A stretch of DNA of 64,000 nucleotides. Origin: Cycas panzhihuaensis. Taxonomy: Eukaryota; Plantae; Cycadophyta. Below the pieces are notes generated by a model that did no database searches, was not told where the DNA came from, and worked only from the letters and a program-made list of their open reading frames with translations. Positions 1 through 12,900 of the stretch are shown piece by piece; positions within the stretch are counted from its first letter, which is position 1, and the number at the start of each line of letters is the position of its first letter. Location: contig CM041465.1 of assembly GCA_023213395.1 (NCBI GenBank), positions 147,381,741-147,445,740 of the forward strand. The letters are read 5' to 3'. The position numbers were made by a program, and so were the translations under genes.

Positions 1-1940
1 TAAGAGTTGAGTCATAATGCCACGGTCCCCTTTCTTTATTAATTTTTCCATTCGTTTACAAGATATTAGTTGGTTATTTCCTGGTTTCTTTCCTTGAAGG
101 ACAATGGTTCTTCCTTCCTACTTATATCTCATAAATAATTCCTCAAGGTTCATTTCAAAAATTCCCAAAGTTCTTAACCAGTGACTTCCCAAGACAATAT
201 CTACTCTACCAACATCAATTACATAAAAATTTTCTTTAATAATGACATTGCCTATTGAGATCTTAAGGTTTTCCATCAGTTCTTGTCTAGATATGACTTG
301 GTGACCCCTAACACTTGTGCTATTCTAGATGGAAGTAGTTTTAAGTGTTAGGCTGAAATTCTATCAATGAAATTATAGGTACTTCCAGAATTGACCAAGA
401 TTGTAATAGCCTGATTTTTAATAAATCCTCGTAGTTTAAGTGTATCCGATCTTGTAAGACCACTCATGGTTGAGAATGACATTTTTAAGACATCCTCCTC
501 TTAGTTATATTGGTTGTCCTGTGTTTCTAGAGTATTCCCTTGGCTGCTTTCTGTATCATTTTCTTCTTCAATTTTCTCATTTTTCGCTACTAGGGATAAT
601 TCAATTGTATACAATTGATTCTTCTGACATTTATGATTAGATGTCCATTTTTTAGCACACCTGAAATAGAGATTATTTTTTCGTAAGTCTTCTTAATTGG
701 GTCTTGTCCGTTGAAGTACTGGTTTAGATAATCGAGTAACTCTACTACCAGGTTGTATTGTTGATGGAGGATTAGATTGAGCATAAGGAGAAATATAGGA
801 TCTTGTTCTTATTTTTCGTAATTCATTAACCTTATCTTCATGTATTTGGCAAGTTGTATAGCCTTATTAAGATCCTTAGGTTCTTGTATTTTGACGTTTG
901 CTTAGATATCTATAGTTAAGCCATCTATATATAATTGGATAAGTCGATTCGTCGGAATGTCTTTTAAAGCATAGCTTAATTTTATGAATGTTATGCTATA
1001 TTCTTCTACAGAGCTAGTTTGTTTTAATCTTCGTAACTCACAATAATAATCACAGTTAGTTACTCTTTCAAACCATTTGATAAATAAACACACAAACTCC
1101 TTCTAGGGTGGAAGTTGATTTTGAAAAGAGGTTCGTTCAAGACACTGCCATCATTCGCACACTATGCCATCCATGTCAGTGTGGCTAGAGAAACTTGTTA
1201 TGTGGGTTCAATCTCCACCAAACGAAAGTAGTTTTCCATTTGTTGGATTTTTGATGGTTTCACTTTCAGTGTTAATTAGAGTCGTCCGTGGGGTTCAATA
1301 TTTTTTTACAGTCTGATTTCGTATGTGAAACTGCTGACTCATTGCTTCATCCTCAAAATCTAGCACAATCATTTCTTCTTTCCTGCTCGTTGCAATAATT
1401 GTCAATTTATCCAAGATTTGATGTAAGGTATGATTTAAGAGAGCGTTTGATGTCTGGACTGCTTCGTGGATTGTTTGAGTGATCAGTTCGACTATATCCT
1501 TTTGGATGGTATTGTCTGCCATCTCTTCAGTATTCATCACTTTAATAACAATATAGGTATGATTCCACAGCTTCCCTTTCGTAACTATACGTTAATTTGT
1601 CATGTTTATATTAATAATACAAGGAATTTTATCACATCACTTATCGAGAAAATATCGATTGAATACATATATGTGAAGCACAAATATAAGAATCTCGAAA
1701 ATAAGCCTTAGTGCTCGCCAGTGTTATAGTTCCTCCACCACCTAATACTTAACTGACGATGTATTTCGTTTTTAAAGATTGTATAAAATGGGATAATAAT
1801 TCGACTATTGAAGGGTATGTGTGATAAGTTGAAGCCGATTATAAGATATTAGTATAGATGATTAAACATCAAATTTAATCTTTTAAAGGGGTAATGAATT
1901 AATTACATATAATATATAAATGACTTAATAGTGTATATTA

Positions 1941-1965
1941 GTGTGTGTGTATATATATATATATA
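1941..1965. repeat. Compound microsatellite (GT)5(AT)7
   Basis: Directly visible: gtgtgtgtgt atatatatat atata. Confidence 0.9.
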
Positions 1966-2889
1966 ATAAATAAATGATTTATATGTATGATAAGGTGCAT
2001 ATTGAAAAGTGAAATATTAATATATATTGTATTATTAAAAGAATATATATTAAAGATATAATGAAAACATTAATAAAAATGCAATTGCGTCTTATGGTAT
2101 ATAACATCTATCTTAATAACGGATACAATGTATAATATATAGAAATGCCGACAGTGGAGATGGAACAACGATTTCGCAGACTGGAGACAAGATGCTAGTA
2201 ATCTTGGAGATGACGAAGCTGACGTGGACCGACGTGGATAAGGCGGATGTTAAGCGATGTGGAAGCAGTGGATATCGAAGAACGAGATGGATGCAGACTG
2301 TTGCAACGGAATAGAAGAGATGCGCCCACAAAGAAGAGAAGACCAGGAACAAAGGACGTACGAAAGAAGGGACGCAGGACGATGATGCACGATTTGCGAC
2401 ACTCAGAGGATGAGCAACGCTCAGATATGGTGATTGTTTCTATGGGGAATGAAGACAGCGAATGAATGACAACAGAATTGGAACGTGGAAGAAAAAAATT
2501 AGATCGAATCAACTGGTGTAGAAGAACAAACGACAGGTAGGATATGTAATAAGGATGAGATTTAAAATTCTTCACACGGTTCAAAGATAAGATATGAAAG
2601 TTTGATAAATTCTGGCAATGACAATAATGATCCTAGGTTGTGACTGCAAATGCAAATGTATGTGTGGATATACACTGATATATTATTTGTAATATAGTTT
2701 ATGTCACACACAGCGGAATAAAGGTGATGATGCAATTGGTTGTAGGTCAAGACAGATAAATGATGGTGAATATGTAGAAGGTGATCAAGTGTGAACTTAA
2801 AGTGTGCTTTGAATTTCTCTATCTTGCAAAAAGCTTTTGTCAAATTCACCCCTTGTGTGGTCGGATCCATAAGTAGGTGCCTAGAAATT

Positions 2890-2901
2890 GTTCTAATACC
2901 A
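2890..2901 (-). promoter_or_regulatory. Degenerate tRNA-iMet primer-binding site
   Basis: Minus strand TGGTATTAGAAC versus consensus TGGTATCAGAGC, 2 nt from the LTR end. Confidence 0.7.
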
Positions 2902-2903
2902 AT

Positions 2904-3130
2904 TGTTACAAACCTGGTTCGTAACCTTAGGAAGATTATCAAATCTAGCAGAAAACACACGAGCACATAGAAGGATTTAATAGTCAAAGACTTATATATT
3001 TGATTGATAAATGATGATTGATGTTTACAATATGTTGAGGGCTATATTTATAAGCCCTTTCTTATTAAAAGTCATATCTTTTCAACATGCCCATTTGATG
3101 ATTAATTGCCGTTTAAGGAGGTTCAAAACA
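2904..3130 (-). repeat. 5' LTR (~227 bp) of the left-end gypsy element
   Basis: Imperfect terminal inverted repeats TGTTACAAACC / GGTTCAAAACA, minus-strand TATA (TTATAAAT ~3046-3053), adjacent PBS. The partner LTR is outside the window. Confidence 0.7.
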
Positions 3131-6106
3131 GATACTTTCCCAATTACTTTTTGGTGTTGGGAGTGGCATGAACAATCTTGTTGATTTTTATCTTTCTGCT
3201 TTATTCACTTGATACTATTCACAAGCCTTTATGCAAAAATAATTTTCGCTTAATCATATTTTTCCAATATGTATACCTTCATGTTGTCACTCTAACTTTT
3301 TTTATTCCAACAATCCTAATGAGGGGTGCATCATGTAACTCATAAAGCATCTTATATTTGCGATCCATGATATTTGGAACAACATTTCTATTTTCTTTTA
3401 GAGTCCATTGTCTATTATAATGAAATCTTTGAAGTTTATTTTCCCTCTTTGAAGGGATTTTTTCACCTTCTTGCACCAAATATCATTCTTTGTGCTTTTA
3501 GTTTGGTTTTTTTTTAATTACTTACTATAACTTATATATTTGCCAATAATAGAATCTTGGGAAATGCATCGACAATAATATTTTCTTTGCTCGATTGATA
3601 TAAAATTTTTGGAGAATATTCTTGAAATATCACAACCCATCTATATTATCTTGCAAATAATTCTCCTTTTGGTGGGAAACTTAAAAGTGGTTTATGGTTT
3701 ATAACTACCTTATATTGGTTTCCCTTTAAATAATGCTTTAAAATTTTTATTTCGTGCACCACTACAAGTAATTTTTTATTGGAGTTTTAATACCTTTATT
3801 TAGTAGGATTGATTTTATGGCTTTCATAAACTATCACCTTTATGTCTTGCATTAATATTACACCTACAACAAAACCACTTGCATTTGTATAGAGTTTGAA
3901 AGGTTTTGCTAGGTTTGGTAATGTTAATATTGGGTCTGACATTAATTTATCCTCTAACATCTAAAAACTCTTCAGACACTTTTGTGTCCATGCAAATCTT
4001 CTATTCCTCTTTAATAATTTTAAAGAATTTGTTATCCTAGAGAATTTTCAGATATTTTTTTCGTGGAAACTCACTAACCATAAGAAGCTTCTTACGTCAT
4101 GAACATTATGTAGAGTTTTCCTTTTTTTTTTTTTAACTTTTAGTTTTTCAGGATTCACAGTAATTCCTTTTGAAGAAACAATGTGCCCAAATATTCTGTT
4201 ACTTCATTAAAGAATTCACACTTAAACAATTTTGCATACAACTTTTTATTTCTTAGAATATCTAGTATAATTGTTAAATATTTGACATGCTCTTCATGAC
4301 TTTTATTGAAGGCGAAATTGCTATCAATAAACACAATCACAAATTTGCCCAAGTATAGTCTAAAAATATTATTTATTAATGTCATGAAAGATGTTGTAGC
4401 ATTTATCAAATAAAAAAGTGTATCTAGATATTCATAATGTCCATCTCTTACAGTAAAAGTTATCCCTTCAAGGTTAGTCTCGTGGGTTTTTATTTAGTGG
4501 TATCCACTTCTCAAACCTATGTTTGAAAACACGACACTTCTTTTCAACATATCTAGTGGATCATCTATTCTAGGAAAAAGGTACTTCTCATTGATAGTAA
4601 TTTTGTTTAAGGTTCTATAATTAATTCACATTTGCATTGTTCTATTTATCTTGCTAACAAGCATAATTAGAACTCCAAAAAGGGATTTAGAGATCCTAAT
4701 AAATCCCTTGTATGGCGATTCCTTGATTTGCTTCTCGACTGCTTTTGTTTTTTAATGACTTTAGTTGAAAAGGTATTTTGCTTTTTGGTTTAAATTTCTC
4801 TTCGAGAATTAATCGATGATCTACTTTCTTGTGTACAGGTAAACCCTATGGTAAATAATTCCGAAAACATCTACATATTGCTTAAAGGTACAATCAATTT
4901 ATTCATAGTACCTTCATTATTTAGTGGCTCCTCCTCTGTAAGGTACAATGCATAACATGTTGTTGAAGGCTTATTCTTTAGTCTTTTGAGTTGTATGTGG
5001 TATACTATTAGAATGGTTCTAAGGTCCTGATCTCCCTAAAGCTATATTTTTATACCTTGATGAATGGCGTCAAGTATATGATTCCTTGATAAAATATTCA
5101 CGTCTAAATCATACGATCATTTTTTACCAAGAACTACATCATATCTTCAAATATGGAGTTTGTTAGAAATTGTTTGATCTTGGTACTTGAAAGTTATGAC
5201 GGGTGCTTATGGAATATATGAATCCCAAATATGCTTAGGCTCAATATTTACAAATTCCACTCGATACTCACACCTTACCAAAGTTATAGTAAAGTTGAGC
5301 TTCTTGTACAAGTTTATAGATATAAAGTTGTGTGTGCATCCATGATCAATTAGAATTATTGCCTCAACTCCATTTAGATATCCTTTTATAAGAGAGATTT
5401 CAATATTGATTAAGTCATTCTCATAAATCTTCTTGTTTATCCTCCTTTGTTATGACCCTTGTAACTATCTTGTGAACATATATTATTTGGTTCATCTTTA
5501 GTTGAGGTTGCCCAAGAGAGTTATTTTGAATATTTTTCGTGTTTTCCTTGTTGTCCTTTCATGGTAACTTGCATTGAGCAATCATATGCCCTTTCTTGCT
5601 GTAATTGAAGCGTTCGTTATTATTCTTATTTTGTAGTTTATCTTTTTTAGGATTTTTATTTTGTTAGAATTTCCTTATGCCCTTTAAGAATTGATATTCT
5701 TATTGGCTATTTAATAATTTTGTCTATTCTTGAAATGTCTTCTCTTGAGGACCCCCTATATTTTGCACTACTTCAATATTCAATGCTTTTTCCATTGCAT
5801 CATCAAAAGTAGCTAGTTTTGTTACAACCATTGTATTCTTAATTGGGTGCCTAAGTCTTTGAATAAATGATATATCATATGGTTGACTAACATATCAGGT
5901 ACCTTAGAGAAAACATTTTCCATTTTTCTACCATCCTCCCTTATAGTTCTTGTTTATCTAGTGAATTGTATTTTCTCAAAAGCATCTTTTTGATCTATTT
6001 TAATTGCATAAAGCTTGTTATTAAAGTTTTTCATCTCATTCCAAGTTTTGAAAGTTTCTCTTAACCTTGTTTTTGCCTTAGCACAAAGTGTTGTTTACCA
6101 TGCTTG
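3131..6106 (-). mobile_element. Heavily decayed Ty3/gypsy gag-pol (gag, PR, RT, RNase H, start of integrase)
   Basis: RT NATTSFMTLINNIFRLYLGKFVIVFID...LYAKLFKCEFF (4155-4409), integrase N-terminus LYELHDAP (3279-3479), LFMPLPTPKSNWESI ending at 3131, gag QAW motif at ~6098-6106. Many stops and frameshifts. Confidence 0.88.
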
Positions 6107-6767
6107 TGTTGAAGACGGCATTCAACCTTCACACTAATAATTGATGAGCACAACCCTTAGGATGTTTATGAAGAGGAAATCAGCTAGCATAAGGAGATGA
6201 TTAGCATCTAAATTAGGCAGCTATGAACATAAACAAATAAGAAAGCATAAAGCATAATGTACACAAGTATAAGACAGACACAAAATATGGAGGAGAAGGA
6301 ATTGTTCCTCACTCCAAATAGACAAGATTGACTTGGATTCAAAAATAGCATCATAACAATGCAATACTCACTCTCTTGTGTGATACATTAGAATTGGTCT
6401 CAATATATAGAGTTGGAGGAGAGACCTTGGGGGGCTTGATGTTTGACAAGTGTCAAACATGCAAGCTATGCCATTTGCATGTGGAATAAGTGTTCTTTGG
6501 ACTCTCTTGTGAGCAAAACTATTTGAGGGATACATTAACCCTCAAGTCACAACATTATGCTATTAGAAAGAATGTGGGTGTGTACTTTATCACATTAAGT
6601 GATAAGACACTTTTTCATAAAGTACATAATGTTATAATATAAACTACATCACTTAACATTTAAACATAAATGTTTAACAGCTTGTACATCATCTTTAAGT
6701 GCAAATTGTACTAATAAAATCTTGCTTTCCTCACTTAACATTGAAGATTGTAGAGTGGGTTTCAACT
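6107..6767 (-). repeat. Probable solo LTR (~660 bp) interrupting gag
   Basis: Termini TGTTGAA / TTCAACT, a minus-strand TATA followed by typical LTR R/U5 composition (~6370-6412), non-coding, starts exactly in the gag QAW codons. No TSD, PBS or PPT found. Confidence 0.5.
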
Positions 6768-7330
6768 ATTAGAATCTAAGGCCCATACCTTGTTGGGTCT
6801 CCCTTACTAAAAAGTGCAAGGCATCTATTTTTGAAAGACTCCATGAATGCCTTGTTTCCTCAAGTGTTTTTCGTTCCTTATTCATCCATGGATTTTTAAT
6901 TGGTTGTGCATCTTCAAGATTAGGTGGCAAACTTTGTCTCTTAGATGGTTCTAAGTCATTTTCTATATGAGTTGATGCTCCCTCATTTACTATTTTAGTT
7001 GAGCCTCCTTGTTCCTTTGATGTTCTCCAAGACTTCTTATTTATTATAAGGTTCCTCAATTAACTCTTTAAAGAGTGTGATAAAGTTATTGACTTCCTCA
7101 TTAAATTGCTCAATATCCTAGATCTTGGCTTCAATTGTATTATTCTTGTGTATACTAAATTATTGTTTATTAAGCAACTCTCATAGAGATTTGGTTTCTC
7201 TACTCCCAATGGTTCCCGTATTCTATATTGGGATGGGGGTTTTGAGGGTGTTCTTTCCTTGGGTAGCAACTTAGGATTATGCATAAGGCCCTTGTTCTGA
7301 TGGATTCAGGTTTGTATCTTCCATTCTACT
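6768..7330 (-). pseudogene. Decayed gag N-terminal remnant
   Basis: ORF fragments 6769-7059 and 7060-7284; an alternative frame gives a (F)SKGDPTRY motif resembling the gag F.G.GDP motif. Confidence 0.4.
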
Positions 7331-7965
7331 TAACATGATACCATTTTCACGAGCCTCCCCTTTCCTAGGGACTTCTCCCTCGACATTCTATAATTAAACA
7401 AAGAGTTTAAGTTAGTTATCAAGCATTTTATTAAGGAAGGGTAAGTTCATGAATTAGTTCAGAATAAGAGTTCTAACACAAAATAACCCACCATGAAGTA
7501 CTCCCATACGCATTGCCTCTAACCTAAGCTAAAATTGTGCGTCTGCATACCCTTCCTCTACAATGCCCTTTATGAGGTGGTTCTCCCACATGCTAATATT
7601 AAAATAGTGTCTGGGTCTCATTTTTGGACATAAATACAATTCTAACACATGGTAATTATTCTTCTCAAGTGCATAAGGATTATACAATGCTATTTTCCCA
7701 CTCATGGATCCTCCTCCTAATAAACGAACGGTATGTTAAAGTAATTTTCCTTTCAACAATAAGAGGACTTAAGTATTAAATGGCAATTTTGACATGATCT
7801 GATATATGGAAAGAACTTTTGTTAGGTGGTTTTAATGTAAGGTAATTTATGGTTTTTGTTACCATGTAAAACACCTTTTAGGTGAATAACCAATTATCAA
7901 ATTTAGAGACCTCCATCTCAAAGGTGCCTTTCACTCTTTAAACCCATTCAAATGAGTGTGGTCCA

Positions 7966-8298
7966 TGTTGGATATAATGTTTAATGTTGAGGCTAAGGTG
8001 TCCCCCAACTCTCTCATGTAATATTAAATTGTGTTATTAAGGTGTGCGCATGTGCATGTGTCCATGTAATATCCTAGTGGTGGACATAATGGTTCTCATA
8101 TGTGATTGGACAATTGTGAGGTGACTATGTACTATAAGTATATATTCATACCTAATATAATAATTGGACATGATTGTTTTCCATAAGTTTTATTGTCTTA
8201 TGTGTTTGTACTTGCTTCATTTTTTTATTCATTTATAGTTTACATCTTTAATTACCTCATGTTGTTTACATATTATGTTATAATGCTTATCTTTAACA
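7966..8298 (+). repeat. 5' LTR of the non-autonomous element
   Basis: Collinear with 10001-10335, roughly 85-90% identical by eye, followed directly by the PBS. Confidence 0.9.
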
Positions 8299-10000
8299 TG
8301 GTCTCAAAGCAAGTTGTGTGATCCTATTGTGTACCAGAATTGAAGGTATGATTTTGTGAACGTACAAGAAAGAGCCAATTGAACCATGAACTAGTTTGGT
8401 ATAGTGCCAATAGTGACTAGTCTATCTGCAAGCAGTTTGTGAGGGGGATTTGAGATGTGGATAAAAATTTGCAGGTTGTTTTGAGAGCCACAGTTGTATG
8501 CTAAGGAGGCATTCGTGGTTTGAATGGTTCCTTAGCAAATCTAGGTCGTGTTTCATTCCTATTTAAAGTTGGCTCTGCTTGTAGATGATTTGTCAGTGAC
8601 TTGGCAACTTGTTGATGGGCATAGTTTTTTTAATTTTCCAGCATTGTTTATAGGTTAGGCAACTCTGTTGCAGTGTTGGGCGAATTTTATGCGAGTTAAG
8701 CATCTCCTAATGCACCAAAAACAACAGTGGGTGTGTTTTGATGATGCCAACATGTTTTGTAGATTAAGATCTTCATTCTTGAAGCTTACAAATCAAAAAA
8801 TTGATGAAGATCAGAGCATGGGAGTCACCATAAGCATCACACTAATTGCACCAGTTATGTAGATAAGGAAATTCAATGTGAAGCATATTTTTTTAAAACT
8901 AATATTATTAAACATTATAAAGTTTCATAAAAGTGTTTTATAATATTGGGTGAAGTTTGCACAGCCCCAAGTCCAGTCATATGAATGTGACTGACACGCG
9001 GTGGGGGTGGGGGGTGATGGGGGGTCACTAATTTATAAAGGGTCTTTCTTATTTTCTGACCTTTATCACCTGGAGGGGTACCTATGCTCACAAAAATGGC
9101 GATATCTGCTTCTTATGGTATCAGAATTGAGTGTCGTCAATTGCGCTATGAAGTTTACTCATGGGGATTTCCAATGACTGGTCACATAATATTGTTTGAA
9201 TTTGATTTAATAGAGATTTTAATAGTTGAAGTTAATTAAGTCAAATTCAACATATTTTATAGGTTGATTTTTTAGAAAAATGAAGACACATTTCATTATT
9301 TCTTAATCACTTAAGGGTTCTTAGATGCATAGTTAATGGTTATGATCTCATTTTGATAGGAAAAGAATAAAATGGCTCATTTTAGGCTTATTTCAACTCA
9401 TGAGGACCTAATTATTGTTAAAAATGACAAGGAAATTTGATAAATATTTGATTCTTTGAAGATGGAAGTTGCATCTTATATTTTTTGTCAATTGCTAGTC
9501 CTTGTAAGTTGTATGGTGGTTGTATGTAAAGAATCCATGGAGTTTGCTGAAAACAGGTATGGATGGACTAATTTTTAGAGGCTTCAGTGCACTGCCTTTT
9601 AGAGAAAGAGACTAAAGGGACTACTTGTGGAGGCTTTAGTAAAAGAAAGTTGTTATGTTTTGGTACTCAGCTCATTTGGTTGGCCAAGTAATTCGATATG
9701 TTTTTGGAATGGTGTTGACAAATGTTGGAAAAATCATATATTTGAAGAAGTTTCTTATAGAACTGGCAGTTGTAACAGTTGGTTACCCATGCAGTCCAGT
9801 AGATGGAGTTTTCTTTATATAGACATCAATAAGAATTTATTGATTCAGCAGTTTGAAGATGCAACTTACATAAGTTGGAGATATTCTCCATTTGATCCAA
9901 CATATTTGAAGGAGGAGGTAATTGTGGTGCTTGTCTTAGTGAAATTTTTAAAACAAAGGGTATAGTGTGTTTTGATATGACATTAAACATTATGGGGGGT

Positions 10001-10335
10001 TGTTAGATGTAATATTTAATATTGAGATTAATGTGTCCTCCAACTCTCTCATGTAATATTAAATTATGTTATTAAGGTGTGTGCATATGCACACATATCC
10101 ATGTATTGTCCAAGTGGTGGACATAATGGTTTTCATTTGTGATTGGACAATCATGAGGTGATTATGTGCTATAAGTATATAGTCATACCTAATATAACAA
10201 TTGGACATGATGATTTTCCACAAGTTTTATTATCTTATGTGTTTGTACATGCTTCATTCTTCAATTCATTCATAGTTTACATCTTTAATCACCTCATGTT
10301 GCTTACATATTATGTTATAATGCTTATATTTAACA
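10001..10335 (+). repeat. 3' LTR of the non-autonomous element
   Basis: Collinear with 7966-8298 and preceded by a G-rich PPT. Confidence 0.9.
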
Positions 10336-10499
10336 GTCTACCAACATGAATTCATCATCATCTTCGGACCACTTACTATAAAAGTTAAGTCATTCAAATT
10401 TAGTTAATGGTCATAATAGTTTTTTGTTATATCATGGTTAATAAATGCATTTCTTCCTAAGAGGGTTTACCCACATCATAGCAACAAACACTTTTGTGA

Positions 10500-12900
10500 T
10501 CACTCAGTGACACATGCTTGTGGACTACTCTTTCCATGTCCCCAATGCACTTTGGGATCTCTTATCGTAGGCTTAAGATCCACTACCTAAGGATTGCTTA
10601 TGAGCCATAATTATTACAAAACAATTCATTTAGAGCTCTGAATGTGAATCTAAGATCACAAGAATGCAAAATAGCAACAAGAAGAAAATTGATGAAAAAA
10701 ACTTAATCCTTTTGAGGAAGAAGTGATTGTAATTTTGATTGAATTTATAATATTTTCATGTAAATATTTGAAAGACAAATATATGTAGAATGAACACACT
10801 TCTTTATGGTTCTTGCCTTTTGATATGACTCTTAGAATTCCAATCCAAGACTATTATTAACCCTATGCTATTTATCATTAAAACTATTCTATATTTATTG
10901 ATCATACTAACTAATGATAACCACAAGTTGTGGGGTCCACAACATCCCCTCCCCTTTTAGAAATGCTTTGCCCTAAGCATTGGACAATTCATGGACTATT
11001 GTGGAGTTGATTATGGCTCCCATGTTGCATCATCCTTAGGTGGATTCTTCTATTTGATCAACTATTTCTTTATAATTTTTTATTACAAACTCGTGAATAT
11101 TAGGAGTTTGGCTTATGAACTTAGCTTTGGCTTAAGCCTAGGAACACAAGATATGTTATGAATTTTAAATCATAAACCTAACCATTTTTATCATATGTGT
11201 TGATATGCTTCTTGGTTTAATCAAGTTTGAGCCTATTAGTGGATGTAAAGGCATGGAAATCCACACATAATCTAAAGGAGCCATTTTTCTTACAACCAAA
11301 CTCCAATGGAAATGCATATGGGCTCTTGCTAGGAGTGATGGTGCAAATGTTGAGAAGATTTTGTGTGAGCCTCACAATTTCTATCTTCTGCCTATGCCCA
11401 TAATTGCCTGGACGAATAGAGGTTGGTTCTTTTCTTGGCTTGATTTCAATAATGTGTTCCATTTTGCAATGTAATATGGGTGCAATAAGGAGGAAGATCT
11501 TAGCATACCTTTGGGGAAGAGGCTGAAGCCCAAGCGGTTGATCATGTTAAAGATGTTCTTTAGCCTGTTAGCTTCCATGGAATATAATTGGATAATAAAG
11601 CTAGCATGACCTTTGTTGAGAAGGTTGTCTGACGTCTTATTAGGTATAATCTTGGAATAAGGATTGATAAAGTTTGACATCCCATCAAAAACGTATGAAG
11701 TTTTCATTATGATTCAAGTGGTAGATGTCTAGTTCTTTCAACCATTATATGCTTAACACCATATCTACAATGCCAATGGGAAAACTATAATAGTGAACTA
11801 AAAAGGTAAGCATACCAAGTTGTAGTTATTGATGTGGAAATTTTCCATCACAAGTGATTTGGGGTTCTCCACATAAAAGGATATGAAAAGTCTTGGAATT
11901 GTCAATGTAGAGGTCTAATTTCAAGGCAAGATTTGTATCAATGAAGTTATGTCTGTTGCTTGAATCTATTAGCACTACTACTTTTTCTTTTCAAAGAAAT
12001 CCATATAATTTAATTGAATACTTGATATAGCTGCCATGTAAATGGTTGGTTGCCTATCATCAAGAAGTTTGTCCTTCATGTGTCAAGTTCGACCTTGCCA
12101 TCTTCCTACTTTGTTGCATATAGTTGTCACTATTTTGAACAAATAATTTTATGTCTATATAACCATTTCTCCTTATGTTAGAAGTAGTCTTGATTCTTCT
12201 TAGACTTATTAGATTTTTCTTTTTAAAAAGTCATTGGAGGATATGAGCTAGGGGCAGTGGGTTGGAGGAATGTAGCGAGAAGGTTGAGTTCAAAGCTTGA
12301 TCTCAACTTGTCTAACAAGAGTTATGGCATCAACCAAGGATCTAGCTTGAAACATTTTAACTTAAAGAGCAATATTAGGTTGAAGATTGGCTTGATAGAA
12401 ATGTGCAATGTCTTTGTCAGAAACATTAGCCTTGAGATGAAGATTCTTAAAACATTCTATGAAGTCTTCAACAAAAGAATCATGTTGAAAACAATGATAA
12501 AGTTGAATAAATTGAATTTTATAAGGGGATGAGATACTGCCTTTGATTCTTTCGCAAAGATCTTCAATAAAGTCCTGAAAGTGTGAAAGTATGACTATGG
12601 TGCCACTTTTACACCCATATATAGTTGTACCCTTTCAAATGATTAATGACAAACCTAGTTTTGTCATTATTATTTTTGATAAGAATATATTGAAATGCTA
12701 TTGTAAGTGTGGTAATCCATTTGTCTATGTCAATTGAGTCATTAATGCTAAAAGTGGAAATGTTGCATTATCTCTTACACTAAATGGTTGTGCTAGTGGT
12801 ATTTGTACTACTAGGTGGTGGATGTGGTGACTTGTAATAGATAATTTGTTGTTAATTCATTTCATCCATTCCTAAATGAAATTAAGACAAAAGTTAATCT
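10500..12900 (-). mobile_element. Chromovirus (Ty3/gypsy) internal-deletion relic: gag, PR, RT start, chromodomain, PPT, 3' LTR; outer boundaries approximate
   Basis: PR VVLIDSSNRHNFI (~11940-11982), RT start EHIIEIKP...SKSPYAFP...GSFRLCVDFHA (11217-11462), chromodomain remnant LIK*KNPPKDDATWEP (~11015-11063), PPT AAGGGGAGGGGA (10945-10957) and LTR start TGTTGTGG at 10944. Confidence 0.8.

Larger units (their letters stand above)
1..3130 (-). mobile_element. Ty3/gypsy LTR retrotransposon, 5' half (5' LTR, PBS, long leader, decayed gag and protease); continues left of the window
   Basis: Minus strand: gag-like ELRRLKQTSSVEEYSITF...LYIDGL (902-1093) and protease-like TLKLRGFIKNQAITILVNSGSTYNFID (~360-445). 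PBS-like reverse complement GTTCTAATACCA at 2890-2901 abuts an LTR at 2904-3130. The element interrupts another element's integrase exactly at WESI (3131). Confidence 0.85.
7966..10335 (+). mobile_element. Non-autonomous LTR retrotransposon (large-TRIM/LARD-like), 2370 bp
   Basis: Direct repeats 7966-8298 and 10001-10335 (TGTT...AACA), PBS TGGTCTCAAAGC 8299-8310, PPT ATTATGGGGGGT 9989-10000, TSD GTCCA/GTCTA. No recognisable gag or pol in the 1.7-kb interior. Confidence 0.9.

Noticed and set aside
1705-1730. CTTAGTGCTCGCCA-G-TGTT as an alternative PBS/LTR junction
   Set aside because: No clear tRNA match and no LTR partner; a better iMet PBS plus LTR exists at 2890-3130.
2113-2987. Overlapping 72-141-aa ORFs as host genes
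   Set aside because: They lie in a retrotransposon leader/LTR, have biased composition and show no domain motifs.
9116-9125. TGGTATCAGA, PBS-like, inside the non-coding LTR element
   Set aside because: Not adjacent to an LTR end; it is part of the shared internal module, whose counterpart near 62120 reads TAGTATCAGA.
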